A DNA stretch of 64,000 nt from Lama glama (taxonomy: Eukaryota), in assembly GCA_028534125.1 (NCBI GenBank), contig CM052832.1, positions 16,742,001 through 16,806,000 of the forward strand, given 5' to 3'. Made by a program: the position numbers and the translations under genes. Shown here one piece after another: positions 23,733 to 37,424 of the stretch. The notes below the pieces were generated by a model. It was not told where the DNA came from and searched no databases. It saw nothing but the letters and a program-made list of their open reading frames with translations. The stretch's first letter is position 1. The number at the start of each line of letters is the position of its first letter.

Positions 23733-23925
23733 GGGGGCAGAGGGGTATAGCTCAGTAGTAGAGCATGTGCTTAGCATGTACAAAGGTCCTGGGTTCAATC
23801 CCTGATACCTCCATTAAATAAATAAATAAACCTAATTACCTCCCCTGCCAAGAGTGTGTGTGTGTGTGTGTATAATTTAATTAATTTATAAATAATAAAT
23901 TATAAATATATATTAATTATTTTTA
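23733..23925 (+). mobile_element. tRNA-Ala-derived SINE (Vic-1-like), long form with (TG)n/AT-rich tail
   Basis: tRNA-like head with A/B boxes, taaataaa-cctaattacc tail, TSD aaaagtgccYaa. Confidence 0.88.
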
Positions 23926-24959
23926 AAAAGTGCCCAACGAAAGGAAGGCTCTGCTACATCTGGAAACCCAAGGAGTACTTATGCCATCTCACAGTAGTTC
24001 TAACCAAATAAACCCTCTCCTGGCCCCTTTGGGCCTCTCACTCTCATCACTCCAACCTATGCTGGGATCCAAGGTCAAAGTTTAGTATGATGAGGGAGGA
24101 AAGACAGAAGCATGCATACAGGATGACCTGTATGGTTAGGATACAGGTGCAGCTGCTGGAGGGGAAAAAACTGTATGGTTTAAAAACAAAAAAAAAAAAA
24201 GAAAAAAGAAAAAAGTTAATGTATTTCTAGTGGAATAGTTCCAGCATAAGGACTCTGAGACTGGATTTAGTAACGCCACCATGTTGGGTTCCCCAGATCC
24301 TTCTGTCTTGCTGTTTTGCCATTCCCTAGAATGCTTCTCTTACCTGGACCCATCCCCACATCCTCTGGGTCCTTACTCCAGCCAGTGGGAAGAGGGAAGC
24401 GGAGAGGGGAGCAACACCCCTGCTTTCCAGAGCATCACCAAAAAGTTTTCACTCACTTTACTTAGACCCTGTTGCCTGAAAGTTAGTCACATGGCCACGT
24501 CTAGCTTCAAAGGATGCTGGGAAATGTAGTCTTTATGCTGGGCGGCCACAAGTCCAGCAAAAAATTGGAAGTCCTATTAATAAGGAGGACAAGGGGAACA
24601 GATATTGGGGGACAATAGTTTCTGCTACAAAGCACGAAGTGGAAAGTGAGAGATCACCACACACTTCAAGTCACACTGAGGGCAGCTGGTCTGTGTGCCA
24701 CACAAAGGAAGGGAAGAGCTTTGAATTTAAATGAAGTTTGAAGTTTTTATCATTACATAAAACCAAACCATTTAATTACTGAACTTTTTTGAGAATTAGA
24801 CCAGATGACCTTTGATTACCTACAAATGACTAGAGAGGTCATAGAACCTGCTTTAAATGTCCATCAAAGGGCAGAAGGAGAATGGGTCCCACAAAATGGT
24901 TTTAGAGGGACAAAGAGAAATGAAAATAAAATTGCTTCCGGATCCCACCTTCTATGAGT

Positions 24960-25350
24960 CAGAGTATGCTACGCTGCAGTAATAAAAAGACCCTGGAGTT
25001 TCAGACCTTAACATAATACAAATGTATCTCTTACATAACACTCCTGGGCAGGTTTGTATTCCAAGGGCAGCTGTCCTCATGGTCAATTGGACTGAGAGCG
25101 GCTCTGCCGTTTTCAACTTAGGGCTTCCAAGGTCACCTTGGGTGTCAAGGTCTCAGTCAGCCAGAAATGAGAAAGAAAGAAGGAGGACTGTGGGACGTTT
25201 GTAATAGACCAGCCCTGGAGTTTGGTATGTACACTTCTGCTCACATTCCATTGGAGATGATTGGTTATGTGACCAAACGTGTTTGGAAGGGTGGCTGGGA
25301 AATGCAGTCTGTGTACCCCAAGAAGAGAGGATTTTGGTATGTAGCCGGTG
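24960..25350. mobile_element. MLT1 (MaLR) LTR fragment; a similar one lies at ~24250-24630
   Basis: acttctgctcacattccattgg...ggctgggaaatgcagtct motifs. Confidence 0.6.
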
Positions 25351-26713
25351 AGTTGTCTCCACCATTATTCCCCATGATTTTGCTTACTCAGTGTATAGTT
25401 GTTAACAATGTGATGGTTTTAATGAGTCACCAAAAATCTAAAACCTTTGGACCAGGAATGATTTCTGGTAGTATTGTGCCAGGTCTAGAGAATGAACCAT
25501 TCAGTATGCTGGCTGGAACTTTCCTCTAAGACACTGGATGATTAACAGAGACATAAAAGGGAGAAAGAGAAGGAGGCTGGTACAAAGCCTGTGTGTCCTG
25601 CACCAGTAATATCCCTGGCATCAGTGCAGACTGGGCTCTGGGGCAGGATGCTTGGGTGGTGCCTACACTGGGTTTGGAACTGTGGAGCGCTTCAGAACCA
25701 AGCTGTTAAATTTCACAGTAAATGTCCGAATGGAAAGGAGAATATCCACATGTAGGTGGTGTTAGAAACCTCTTCACAGAAAGAGGAAAAGAAAGGTTAT
25801 TTCACATAAAAGAGGGCAGTTTGGTTCACCCCATCAAATCAGGAGTGGTCCACAGATCTCCCATGATTAGTGACACCAAGGAAGAAAGAACAAAAAAAAG
25901 GAAGCCTAAAACATTTGCAAGAATGATCATGGAGGATTGGCCAGGGCTGCAGTGCTCAGTAAGGCTGAGGACCCAATGCCTCAGAGCAGCATCCAGGCAG
26001 TGTCTTTAAAGTCTGCTGAGACTAATGGGGAACCAGCCCCACTAGGAGAGCACTTCAGGATCCACTGTCTAATCACTGTTGTAGTCAGGATGGCCTTTTC
26101 CTGGCAAAGTGTAACAGTGTGCTGAACAATTCCTGGTGACAGAGAAAATATGATCTGCTGAGAGGTGTCTGGAAATAGCCAGTGGCCACTAGCATGAGCT
26201 ACCAGGATCTTTTTAGGATCAAGCAGCATGACACCTCCAAATTCTAGGGGCAGGGGAAGGTGTAGCCCAACAATATGGTTTTATGAAACAGCCCCCACCC
26301 CAAGTGCCTAGAACACTCGAGTCTTCCATGGGTGACTCTAAGGGAGCCACAGCCCTGCAGTAGGAGTGTGAATGGGGTTGGCCCTGCCTCTGTAGCTCCA
26401 AACCAGCTTGTCACCCTCATGAATGATGCTCCCATGGCCTATAGAGATAGTGGCACAAGTCACACACTGTTCAGAGCAACCCTCTTCCATTTTCCATTTT
26501 GTTTTCAACCTGCTCCTGTTCCTGGTTGGTCCTGACGGAGCTCCCTCACCTCTCCTACACTTGCCTGGGAACTCAGGCCCCATGGCTAGATGCTCAGCTC
26601 TCTCCCAGGCCTTGTCTCCGGCCCGACCCCTCAGCCCTTCCAACTCTCATCCTCTACGGTAAGATACTCTACTCTAGTCAGCCCCTGAGGACTGGTTCAG
26701 GTCTAGATGGAAC

Positions 26714-26940
26714 TGAGACAGAGCAGGACCCTGTGGGGTCCTCCCTGGTACAAATCCTCTCCATGTCCTCCGTTTCTTCTTTGTAGGAAATAGGCTTCTT
26801 TCAGCCTCCTAGACCTTTCCTGAGTTCCAAAGGGCAGATTCAAACAGTTGCTAAATCAGTGAAGAGAGGAACAGTCAGAAATCAATGGTGCAGCCTTGCA
26901 GCCGGGTCCTAGTTCCTCCTCAAGGAATATACATAACAAT
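26714..26940 (+). mobile_element. ERV LTR 5' fragment followed by an old L1 fragment (minus strand, ~26950-27200)
   Basis: tgagacagagcaggaccctgtggggtcc start; adjacent accactgatct...cactataaattaatttgcattt resembles an L1M 3' end. Confidence 0.5.
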
Positions 26941-27929
26941 ACATATACATCCATGAAACCATCACCACAATCAAGACAGTGAACATTCCCTAAAGTTTTC
27001 TTGTTTTCTTTTGTTCTTTGCAATCCCCTTCCTCCTGCCTCTCCCCACCCCCATTCCTAACCAACCACTGATCTTCTTCCTGTCACTATAAATTAATTTG
27101 CATTTGCTAGACTTTGATAAAAATGAAACCATACAGGTTGTACTTTTTGTTTCTTCTTTGGCCTGGCTTCTTCCACTCTGGCTGTCCATTTTCAAGAGAC
27201 ATCATTCTGATGAAAGACAGTTTAGCGCAGAGAGAGAATCCTGCCAAGAGCTCATGCATGTGCAGTGATGAGGTGTCATGAATTATGGTTGGACTATATA
27301 ATTTCTCTATAAGGATGCCAAATCTACTTTCTGCTTAATGGATCTCTTTTAATCAACAAGAATCATTTGCACTCTGAAGTTTTTGCCAGAATATGTAGCC
27401 TTGAACATCACTCCTTCCTAGCCAATTCTTAATCAAAAATTCAGTTAAGTGAAACAAAGCCTGTGTAGCCTTCCTTGAACAATCGCTCCCAGTCTGTGGA
27501 TTGTGTAATTACAGACAATCACCGCGCTGTGGATTTAGATTGCATTGTTCTAAACCTTTATAGAATCTCTTATAATGAATTGTGCTTTGACATTATGCTA
27601 TCAGCTTGCAGGGACTCAATATGAGTTGGGTATAATGCTGAAGAATTTGTAGATAAAATGGTATATCTAGAATTTGTTTAAAAAGATCTCCAGAGGGGGA
27701 AAAAATGTGGTATGGGTAATTAAGTGAGTTTGGCCAAATTTTGGCAGTTGTGGAAGCTTTGTGATAGATCCAAGAAGACTCATTGTAGTCTTCTCATTGC
27801 TTTTTGGTGGGTTTGAAAATTATCATCATAAGCAGAGTTTTTTAAAACAGTTGTAAGAAATTCACCATTGTCTTTATTATAGGGATATTGTCTTAAGATT
27901 TTGTTTACTTATCACTACAATATACTTTT

Positions 27930-28085
27930 AAAAATAGTTTTTATTGTTGTTTTTGTCTTTTGGGGGGTGGGGGGGTGAAGGGTAATTAGGTTTATTTACT
28001 TATTTACTGGAGTAACTGAGGATTGGACCCAGGACCTCATGCATATTAGGCATGCACTCTACCATTAAGCTATACCCTCCCCTCA
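27930..28085 (-). mobile_element. tRNA-Ala-derived SINE (Vic-1-like)
   Basis: Head plus cctaattacc tail; TSD actacaRtatactttt. Confidence 0.88.
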
Positions 28086-28634
28086 ACTACAGTATACTTT
28101 TGATGAAAAACTAAGGGTAATTTTAAGACTTAAATAAAATAATATTTATCTCAATCCAATGTCTAGTACAGAGTAAACACTTAGTAAATAACAGTCTTTT
28201 TTTACTGTATGATGATTTCATCAGAATTGATTTATGGGTATTAGCAGACTGACCTATTTGGAACTTGGAGGTTTCCTTTAATGATGGACAAAGAACAAAG
28301 GGGAAGAAACGTCTTCCTTCTGAGAGACATTGTAGGTTTTCTGGGAGCTGACTGGATATATAGAATTTCTGGAAGAAGCTTTAAGATTTTCAGAGTCTTG
28401 ATCCAGAAGATGAAATTTAAGTATGAAATATTTTAACCCAGAAATGCAAAAATAGCTTAATATTTTAAAATATATACAAAGTTATCACATCCATAAGCCA
28501 AAATAGATAAACTATATGATTATTGACATTTACTAAAATTAAACAATTAATCCTGTAAGTATACAAAAAAAGAATTCTGAAAACCTGGGAAAAGAAAGAT
28601 ATTTCCTTATCATGCTAAAGAATGTCTATTTCAA

Positions 28635-29675
28635 GCCTCTTTAGCAAGTGGTGCTGGGAAAGTTGGACAGCCACATGTAAATCAATGAAGTTAGAATACT
28701 CCCTCACACCATACACAAAAACTAACTCAAAATGACTTAAAGATTTAAAACAACCCAATTAAAAAAATAGGCAGAAGACCTAAATAAGCAATTCTCCAAT
28801 GAAGACATACAAATGGCCAATAGGCACATGGGGAAAAAAAATGCTCAATGTTGCTAACTGTTAGAAAAATGCAAATCAAAACTACGAGGTATCATCTCAC
28901 ACCAGTCAGAATCAACATCATTAAAAAGTTCACAAAGAATAAATGCTGGATAGGCTGTGGAGAAAAGGGAACCCTCCTACACTGTTGATGAGAATGTAGT
29001 TTGGTGCAACCATTATGGAAAACAGTATGGAGATTCCTTAAAAACTGAAAATAGATTTACCCTATGATCCAGCAATCCCACTCCTTGGCATATATCTGAA
29101 GGAAACTCTAATTCGAAAAGATACGTGCACCCCAATGTTCATAGCAGCACTATTTACAAGAGCCAAGACATAGAAGTAACTTAAATGCCCATCGACAGAT
29201 GATTGGATAAAGAAGATGATTGGATTGTGGTATATTTATACAATGGAATAGTACTTAGCCATAAAAAAGTATAAAGTAATGCCATTTGTAGCAACATGGA
29301 TAGAATTGGAGATTGTCATACTAAGTGAAATAAGCCAGAAGGAGAAAGAAAAATACCGTATGAAATCATTTACATGTAGAATATTAAAAAAGACACAAAT
29401 GAACTTATTTTCAAAACAGAAACAGACCCACAGACATGTAAAACAAACTTGTGGTTGCCAGGGGGAAAGGAATAGGGAGGAATAAATTGGGAGTTCGGGA
29501 TTTGCAGATACTAACTACTATTATATAAAATAGATAAACAGCAAAGTCCTACTGTACAGCACAGGGAGCTATATACAATACCTTGTGATAGCCTATAATG
29601 AAAAAGAATAAATCACTATGCTGTACACCAGAAATTAACACAACATTGTAAATTGACTATACTTCAATTAAAAAA
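28635..29675 (+). mobile_element. 5'-truncated L1 (ORF2 C-terminus and 3'UTR) with internal deletion; older L1M sequence continues to ~30110
   Basis: gatccagcaatcccactccttggcatata; ORF MPFVATWIELEIVILSEISQKEKEKY; A-rich end. Confidence 0.9.
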
Positions 29676-30617
29676 CTAATCAGAAACAGCCCAGGTGTCC
29701 AGCAATGGGAGACTGGTTAAACACCCAACCCTGGTATATCTACCAATGGAATATTATCAAAAAGGCCTGAGGAAGAGTTTTATGTGCTCTGGTATGGAAG
29801 GATATCCAGAGCATTTAGTTCAATTTTAAAAAGGAAAGAGCAAGATATATATATACATATGTATATGTACATATATATAAAATATGCTTTTTCGTGTAAG
29901 AAAGGAGAAAATAAAAGTACATTTACATAAAGAAAAATTGGAAGGATAAATAATTCACTATTATAATAAAAATGGTTACTTACAGGGGCAAAGTGAGAGA
30001 AAATGGAGGGTGGGTAGGGGATGGGAGTGATATTTCTCATGTACCTGTTGATACCATTTTCATTTAAAACTACATAAATGTGATGTCTACTAAAAAGATT
30101 GAAATCTTAAAGATCCATACATGATTTATTAAAAGCAAAGAATACAGAGAACAAATATTCAGGGAATGCATCAAAAATAGTTGGGTTTAAAAAAAAGTAG
30201 TGGGGTTTTATTTTTCTGAGCAAGTCTCTCCTCTGTTTCAATTCCCTTCTTTTTATTAAAAAAAAAAATCCAAACCTTGGACACATTTCACAAAAATCCT
30301 GCCAAGGAAAATGCCAAGAATTCAATGGGCACAGGAGCCCACAATGCAATAAAGAGAAAGCCATGGAATTTTCTGCCTGGCTTGAGAAGCATTTTTATCA
30401 TTTTTGGTTTATAAAATGTACATGAAATATCACATTCCTTATTTTTTTCTAATCAAATGGAATCTGCTCTGTGTCCCAAACTGCCAGACTGAGAGGAAAT
30501 TCAACCCTAGTCATTAGTGGGGCTCCCTCCTCTCATCATGAGCCTGTAAAATATCAGGGGTGTATGCAGGGCCAGGAAACCCAAGAGCAGGGCCAGGTCC
30601 TTAGTAACTAGTGGTAG

Positions 30618-30990
30618 CTGTCTAATCTTGCGTTGCTATAACAAAATACCATAGACCAGGTGGCTTAAACAACACACATTTCCTTCTCACAGGTCTGGAG
30701 CCAGGGAGTCCAAGATCAAGGTGCTGGTGGATTCAGTCTGGCAAGAGTTTTCTTCCTGGTTTGCAGAAGACCCCCTTCTCACTGTATCCTGACATGGCAG
30801 AGATAGAGAGGGGGCTCTGGTTTCCTCCTATTCTTATAAGGGCACTAATTCTATTATGGGGGTTCCACCCTCATGACCTCATCTAATCTAATTACCTCCC
30901 AAAGGCCCCATCTCCAAATACCATCACAGTGGGGATTAGGCTTCAATATATGAATTTTGGGGTGACACAAATATTCAGTCCGCAGCAGCA
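30618..30990 (-). mobile_element. MLT1A-like MaLR LTR
   Basis: gctataacaaaataccatagac...tccaagatcaaggtg...cctcatgacctcatctaatctaattacctcccaaagg. Confidence 0.8.
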
Positions 30991-31644
30991 GCCATTGATT
31001 CTGATGCTCCCTCTGATTTCAGAGGCTGCTGTCACATCCTGGGGTCCTCTGGGTCAGCATTGGGGTCCCAGCACTGCCCTTTACAGATGTCCATATCATT
31101 GACAGCAGAGTCTCGGGGTGGGAGACCCTCGCTGGGAAAAACCATGCCCATCCTCTCTGGGCATTCTCCAGCAATCTTTCAGCCTGGATGGGCTGTGGGA
31201 AAAATTAGGGGCCTGGGTCTCCACCACTCATTGGGGGAAGGGACCAAATTTCCAGATCCCAGAGAATCTCAACCTCTCTGCTCAGCCCACACCCACAGCA
31301 CACTTCTGTCTCAGCCTAGGTGTTTGCACATAATCCAAATGCCAACAGCCACCCACCCTCTGCCTACGCAAAACAGAAGCTCAGAACTGGGAACAAAAGC
31401 TTTATAACTTTCTCAGTATGAGAGAAATGAGGGAAACAGACATAGCACAACAAGAACAAAAAAAAAAATTATTCTGCAATAAATCATCCTGCCACAAGCC
31501 TGGCAGCTAAAAGAATTCTAATGGAATGAAAAGTTGGGAAATTTTGTACCCGCATTGGCAAAGTGAGCTAAGGAGATGGATTCTTATGGAGCTAAGGAGC
31601 TGCTCATCATGGATGTGAAGACTCTGGTCCAGGTAAAGATTCAG

Positions 31645-32125
31645 CTGTTCCTGTTACCTGTCACTGTGTAACTACTCCAAAAAGCCAGCAACAACTACCT
31701 CATATCTCATGATTTTATCTATTAGTTTAGCAATTCTTCTACTCCTACTGATGTTGACTGAGGTCACTCAGGGCTATCAGTTGGCAGATGGGCTGGTCCA
31801 GAGTATTCAAGACAGCCTCCCTCACATTCCTGTCTCCTTGGTGGGGACAACTGGGCTCTGCTGGTGGTTGACCACAGTGCTGGGCATGGCTGCTCCAGCC
31901 TGCAATCTCAGGGACTTTGGACTTCCCGCATGGAGGCTCAGGGCTCCCAAGGGACTGTTCCAAGAGACAGAAAGTGGAAGTTGCCTAGGTCTGGAAATTG
32001 ACTCGGCCTCACTGCCACTGATTTTTGTTGATCAAAAAGCCATAGAACCCACCCAGATTCAAGGAGACCCCACTTCTCAATGGGACAAGTAGCAAAGGTT
32101 GTGTAGCCATCTTGAATCCCCAGCA
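31645..32125 (-). mobile_element. MLT1 (MaLR) LTR, old
   Basis: ctgtgtaactactccaaaa...cccagattcaaggag...gccatctt motifs. Confidence 0.55.
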
Positions 32126-32773
32126 GTGGACAGAATTAGCCTCCTTCTTTCAGGTGATTCCAGGTGAGTTGAGACCTGCCACTGCAATGGCATCTGTGAA
32201 ACTTGGTGGCTCTAGAGACAATACCAAGAAGACCTCAGACTTGATCAACAATGTCTGTCTGGTTGATGTGAGCAGCCCACAGGTCTTACCGTTGGATTTA
32301 CAGATGCTAACGCTCATACTCAAGAGTCTGGCTAGTATTTGATGGAGGCAGCAAATTGGGGGCTTTCAATAACACAAACTCATCTAATCCATTTCAGTTT
32401 CTGAAGGAGCCGAAAATTGCAGGAGTTCAATTCAGGGCGCCATTAAACAGGTGATGGAAAAGAATATTGATTCACAGCAGATGTCAGGAATGAAAGAGCA
32501 GAAAGTCCTTCATAACTTAAATCCTATCCTGCCTCCCCTTCTCTTGATGAAACAAGAGCAAGGATCCCACAAGGAGGGTGCTGAGCAAAGGGGGCACAGA
32601 TGATAAAAGACATTCCACCACCTCACTCCATTGTGTCTCATCTTTTGCACTTAAATCTTTTAAAAAATACTTTATACAAATATTCACACAGAAAAGCATA
32701 TAAATCCAAATGACCTTTCACACACTGAGCATATCCCTGCAACCAGCACCTAGATTAAGGACTAGAACATTCC

Positions 32774-32885
32774 GGGGGTGGGGGTAGGTTATAGCTCAGT
32801 GGTAGAGCACATGCTTAGCATGGACGAGGTCCTGGTTTCAATCCTTGGCACCTCCATTAAAAAGAAAAAAAAAAAACCAAAAAAA
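32774..32885 (+). mobile_element. tRNA-Ala-derived SINE (Vic-1-like), short form
   Basis: tatagctcagtggtagagcacatgcttagcatgg...acctcca plus poly(A). Confidence 0.88.
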
Positions 32886-33549
32886 CATTTCCAGGATGCC
32901 AGGGGCCTCCCTCAAGTCCCATTTGAGTCACTCTCTCCCCAAAGGGTAGCCTGGACTTGAGCTTTTTAGAAACGGAATCATACACTTAGTGCTCTTTTGC
33001 ACCAGCTTTTTGCCTGCAGATTCACTGCACTGTCACATGGATGATTTATTCTCTTCACTGAGAAATACCCACCGCATGAATCCGCTACAACTCTCCTCCC
33101 CACTGTCCCGTGGAGGGGTGTTGGGGCCGTTTCCAGCTTAGGCTGCAGCATGTTCCCTGGGGGCCTGGGCGCATCTGTGTCCAGAGCAGCTCTCTCCCAT
33201 CTCTGGCTGAGCTCCAGGGCTCCGCTGTGAGGCCTCTGAGGTCCTGCACAGGGAGGACTACACCGGGACTCAAAGAAGCCAGACAGAGGTCTCCCTCTCA
33301 AGCCACAAACCTTTCTGCCATTTCTGCCCCTCCCCCAGGGCTCAGCCCCAAGGACCTCTAGGACCCACAACTGTCCACAGCTGCATCCCTTCCCTCTGCC
33401 TTCCAGTCCAAGGAGGTTGCTCTCAGTCTCCATTTCTAAGGGCCGGGCTTATGCTGCAAATCCATTCACTTCCTTCAAGGGTCTACTGTTTGAAACTTAG
33501 GAGCCACAAGAGGATCAGCAGGCCCCCACCTCCTGCCAGCTCTTCTCCC

Positions 33550-34110
33550 TGAAATAGGAGGGAAGGGGACAGGCACAACCACTAAAAGAATATCACAGCA
33601 ACTGAGGATAGGACATAAACTGGTTAAAACCCGACTAGGCCCAACTTCCAGTAAACCTTGAGGCCCATTTGACTTCCAGTCGACCTTGAGCTTCATTACA
33701 CACTTACTGTAATACATTAGCATGGTAAATGGTACTCCCAAAGGCCCCATGACAGTGCCAAGGCTGACCATAAAAGGTCAAAAAGTGGGTGGTGGCCCAA
33801 TTCCTAGGAATCCCCACCCCTTAACCAAAGTAGCTGGAATAATTGGCCCACTTGTTAGCATAGGAAGTTACTGAACTCATAAAATCTAAAACCCTGCACC
33901 TCACCACACTCTCTCTTGCCTTCAGAGACAACCCGCATTCTGTCAACGGAGTGTGTATCTCCCTGAAGAAACTTGCTTTCACTCTACTGTGGCTCGCTCT
34001 TGAATTCCTTCCTCTTTGAAGCCAAGGATCCTCACTAGGCAGGGCGTGTCCCAGGGGCTTACCTGAGATCTGGGACGTGACCATCCTCTCGCGCCCCACT
34101 TCCTGCAACA
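33550..34110 (+). mobile_element. ERV1-like solo LTR
   Basis: TG...CA termini, cataaaa TATA-like box, acttgctttcactcta...gctcttgaattccttcct...agccaagga R/U5-like segment. Confidence 0.72.
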
Positions 34111-34921
34111 CCACTTCCACTCCTCCTTCCTCCCATCGCTTGCCTGTAACATAGGCAGCACTATGTTGAATGTGGTTATTTTTCTAGAAAAGCCAGGTAT
34201 TTTTCTCAGCCTGTACCTGAGAATAAGGCCGTGAAGACCCTGAAATTCCTTCAGACTTACTTGATGGCCTCTAATGGCATCCAGTGTTTGGACCCAAGCA
34301 GGAGGCTTGCGGTGCTTTACAAGGAGCCAGAGTTTGGTGGTGTTTGCAGAGTTCAAGCTGGAAAGGTCCCCTTGGACACGCCTTGCCTGGCTCAGACTCT
34401 CTGCCAGCCAGTAGTCACCCTGCTCTGCGCTCCCTAGTTCCTCTCCTGCACACCTGAAGCCGGGTCAGCCACCACCCTTCCTCAGATACTCTCTCCTGGC
34501 CCAGGCAGCATCTTCCCTGAGCCTCCTTAAACCGTGCACCACCAGCAGCCCCACCTGTGGTGCCCAGAGCATCCGATAGGAGCAGGAAGTATTTGTCAGC
34601 TTCCAGGCCTCTCTATCCTAGTGGAGGTGCCTCCTGGAGGGCAGTGTAGCCAATCTAGATGCTCCCCACACTGACTCCACCCCATATCCCTCTCCATCCA
34701 CTGCCTGGACCTCTAAAGCTTCACGACCACTCACGAGCTTTGTTACACGGTGATGCAGACAGACCGAACCTGAGCCACAGCGGGAGATGAAGTTGACTAT
34801 GTAAATTGGGAAAATGGAGGCCTGATTCAATACCATAATCATACAGAAACGAGGTCAGGTACGCACACACACCAATACCCCGGAGGCTGAACTCGACCCG
34901 TACATCCAAGATGTGGAAAGG

Positions 34922-34936
34922 GCGCCCCCTGGTGGC
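34922..34936 (-). promoter_or_regulatory. Consensus CTCF motif GCCACCAGGGGGCGC
   Basis: Exact match to the CTCF core consensus. Confidence 0.75.
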
Positions 34937-35436
34937 ATTCCCAGAGGTTCCTCACGGATCTACAAGTCCAGCCCAGGCCAAACATCCTAGCACAGCCATC
35001 TGCTCTATCAAGCAGGACTCAAAGACTTCGTTTGCTGCAGGGCCAAGTTATGACGCCTGGCATTCTCTGTCCTGAGGTGACACTCAGTTCCAGGAAGAAT
35101 TGGTTTCTGGGACAAACTTACACGGGCATCTTGGGAGACAGTCTGGCTGGGCGGGGAGCCCAGTGTGTCTGGTGCTGGGGGAGGCAGCCTGTGTCTGTTC
35201 CTCAGTCCCACTGGGCCTGATCACCAGCCATTCCGCGGAAGGGAGCCAGGGCCTCTGGGTGGGGCAGAGGCTGCTTCTCACTGCCCCTTAATTCATAGCC
35301 AAGAGGCCACACAAGCTGGAGATCTGGTTCTGTTTATATTGCAAAAGAGGCACTGCTGGGTATGCAGTTCCCTATTTGGTTCACCTTGCCCATTGCACCG
35401 AGAAATATCCTGGGGCAGCTGGAGACGGAGGAGTGA

Positions 35437-37305
35437 GGAACCAGAGAAGGTAGATAGAAAACTTGGAAATGAACCTGGAAACTGAATTTCCAAAATTCAC
35501 AAAAACTAACACTGAGAAAGCCAGCTAGCAACATCAACACTCTAGAGACAGATTCATGCCAGGTGAAGTGAAAAGAACAGAACAACCAGAAAGAGACTTC
35601 AAAATCCTCAAAGAGATGATTGAACATATAATGTTCATTAAAAAAAAAAGGAATTGGGAAATAAAAAGCAACAGAATGGTACCATCACAAAACTGTGGAA
35701 CAAAAAATATCATTCAATAAATCGACTGGAAGAAATGATTGTTTGAAAAATATATACATATATGAAACATCTAATGCACCAAACATTTTTTTTCTATTGT
35801 ATGAAAAGGAGAGAATGTTCTAGGATGGCTGAAAGAAAAAAATGGGTCAACAAAAGAAAGAAGTAGACTGATAAATTTAACCACTTTTTTTTTCATTTTT
35901 ATAGTTAATAGAAAAAAATCAAACACATAAAATAGGACATATGGTCTATTTTGTAGTTGAGGCACAGGCTCTGATCCAGGCATCCGTGGGCAAGTTCACT
36001 GACCTCTCTGTGCCTCTGTTTCCTCCATCAAATGACAGTAACAATTGCACCTGCCTCGCGGTGGGTCAGGATCAACCAAGTTACTACATGTACAGCCCTT
36101 AGANNNNNNNNNNNNNNNNNNNNNNNNNNNNNNNNNNNNNNNNNNNNNNNNNNNNNNNNNNNNNNNNNNNNNNNNNNNNNNNNNNNNNNNNNNNNNNNNN
36201 NNNNNNNNNNNNNNNNNNNNNNNNNNNNNNNNNNNNNNNNNNNNNNNNNNNNNNNNNNNNNNNNNNNNNNNNNNNNNNNNNNNNNNNNNNNNNNNNNNNN
36301 NNNNNNNNNNNNNNNNNNNNNNNNNNNNNNNNNNNNNNNNNNNNNNNNNNNNNNNNNNNNNNNNNNNNNNNNNNNNNNNNNNNNNNNNNNNNNNNNNNNN
36401 NNNNNNNNNNNNNNNNNNNNNNNNNNNNNNNNNNNNNNNNNNNNNNNNNNNNNNNNNNNNNNNNNNNNNNNNNNNNNNNNNNNNNNNNNNNNNNNNNNNN
36501 NNNNNNNNNNNNNNNNNNNNNNNNNNNNNNNNNNNNNNNNNNNNNNNNNNNNNNNNNNNNNNNNNNNNNNNNNNNNNNNNNNNNNNNNNNNNNNNNNNNN
36601 NNNGGACTGGAACTCTGCTTCCTTTACTGTTTATCCCCAACCCCTACACAGTGCCTAGGATATTTACTGAGTGAAGGACTCCATCCATTGAAGATAAATA
36701 TTAGGAAAAGTCCTTTAAAATTGCCCAGGCTCAGAATGTACAGGAGCACAAAACAAGCACCGAGTGTTTTCACTTTTCTCAGTTCCCTCTTGTCATAACT
36801 GGTCTCATGCCTCCTCCTCCCACCTCCTCAGCCTCAAGGACCCAGAGCTGACCCTCGGGTACCCCTTACCTCGGACTCAAACCCCGCAAGCACCAAATCA
36901 GATCAAGCAGATGCCAGATGCAACCGAAAAGGACAGGCTAATACTAGGGACCAAGTCTCCTTGTCCTCAGACCCCACGGGACAGCCAGCCCCTCTCTTCA
37001 CAGAGTGGGATACATATTTTATTTAGTCCAATGATGTTAATATTAGCACTAATTCCTCATTAATCTCTCATCCACAGGGAAATTCAATGGCTCAGAAGTG
37101 AGGCGTTTATAGCAAAGAGAAGTACATGTCAGATGCTGGTCAAGACAACCCACTTCCAATTCTCACTCCTGGGGGCTTTCTATACAAGCAGGGAAGAAAA
37201 GGGTCGGGAGGCCCGTCTTAGGAATTTAAAGGTGAAGAAAGGGATTTTTATGTACCTTGATGGAGAGGAAACCATGTCAAAATATCAACTTTCACTTAGA
37301 ACAGA
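35437..37305 (-). repeat. Right arm of inverted segmental duplication (contains N-gap 36104-36603)
   Basis: Reverse-complement match to 17801-21114 on both sides of the gap. Confidence 0.93.
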
Positions 37306-37424
37306 CAAGTAGAAGGTGCTTTCATGTGGAGCTTTTCAGCATTGATTATCTAACATTGTTTGTTGGGTTTTTTTAGGGTGGCAGCTTCCCCTGCTTTAGA
37401 AAAAAAAAAAAAAGCACTCTGCTA

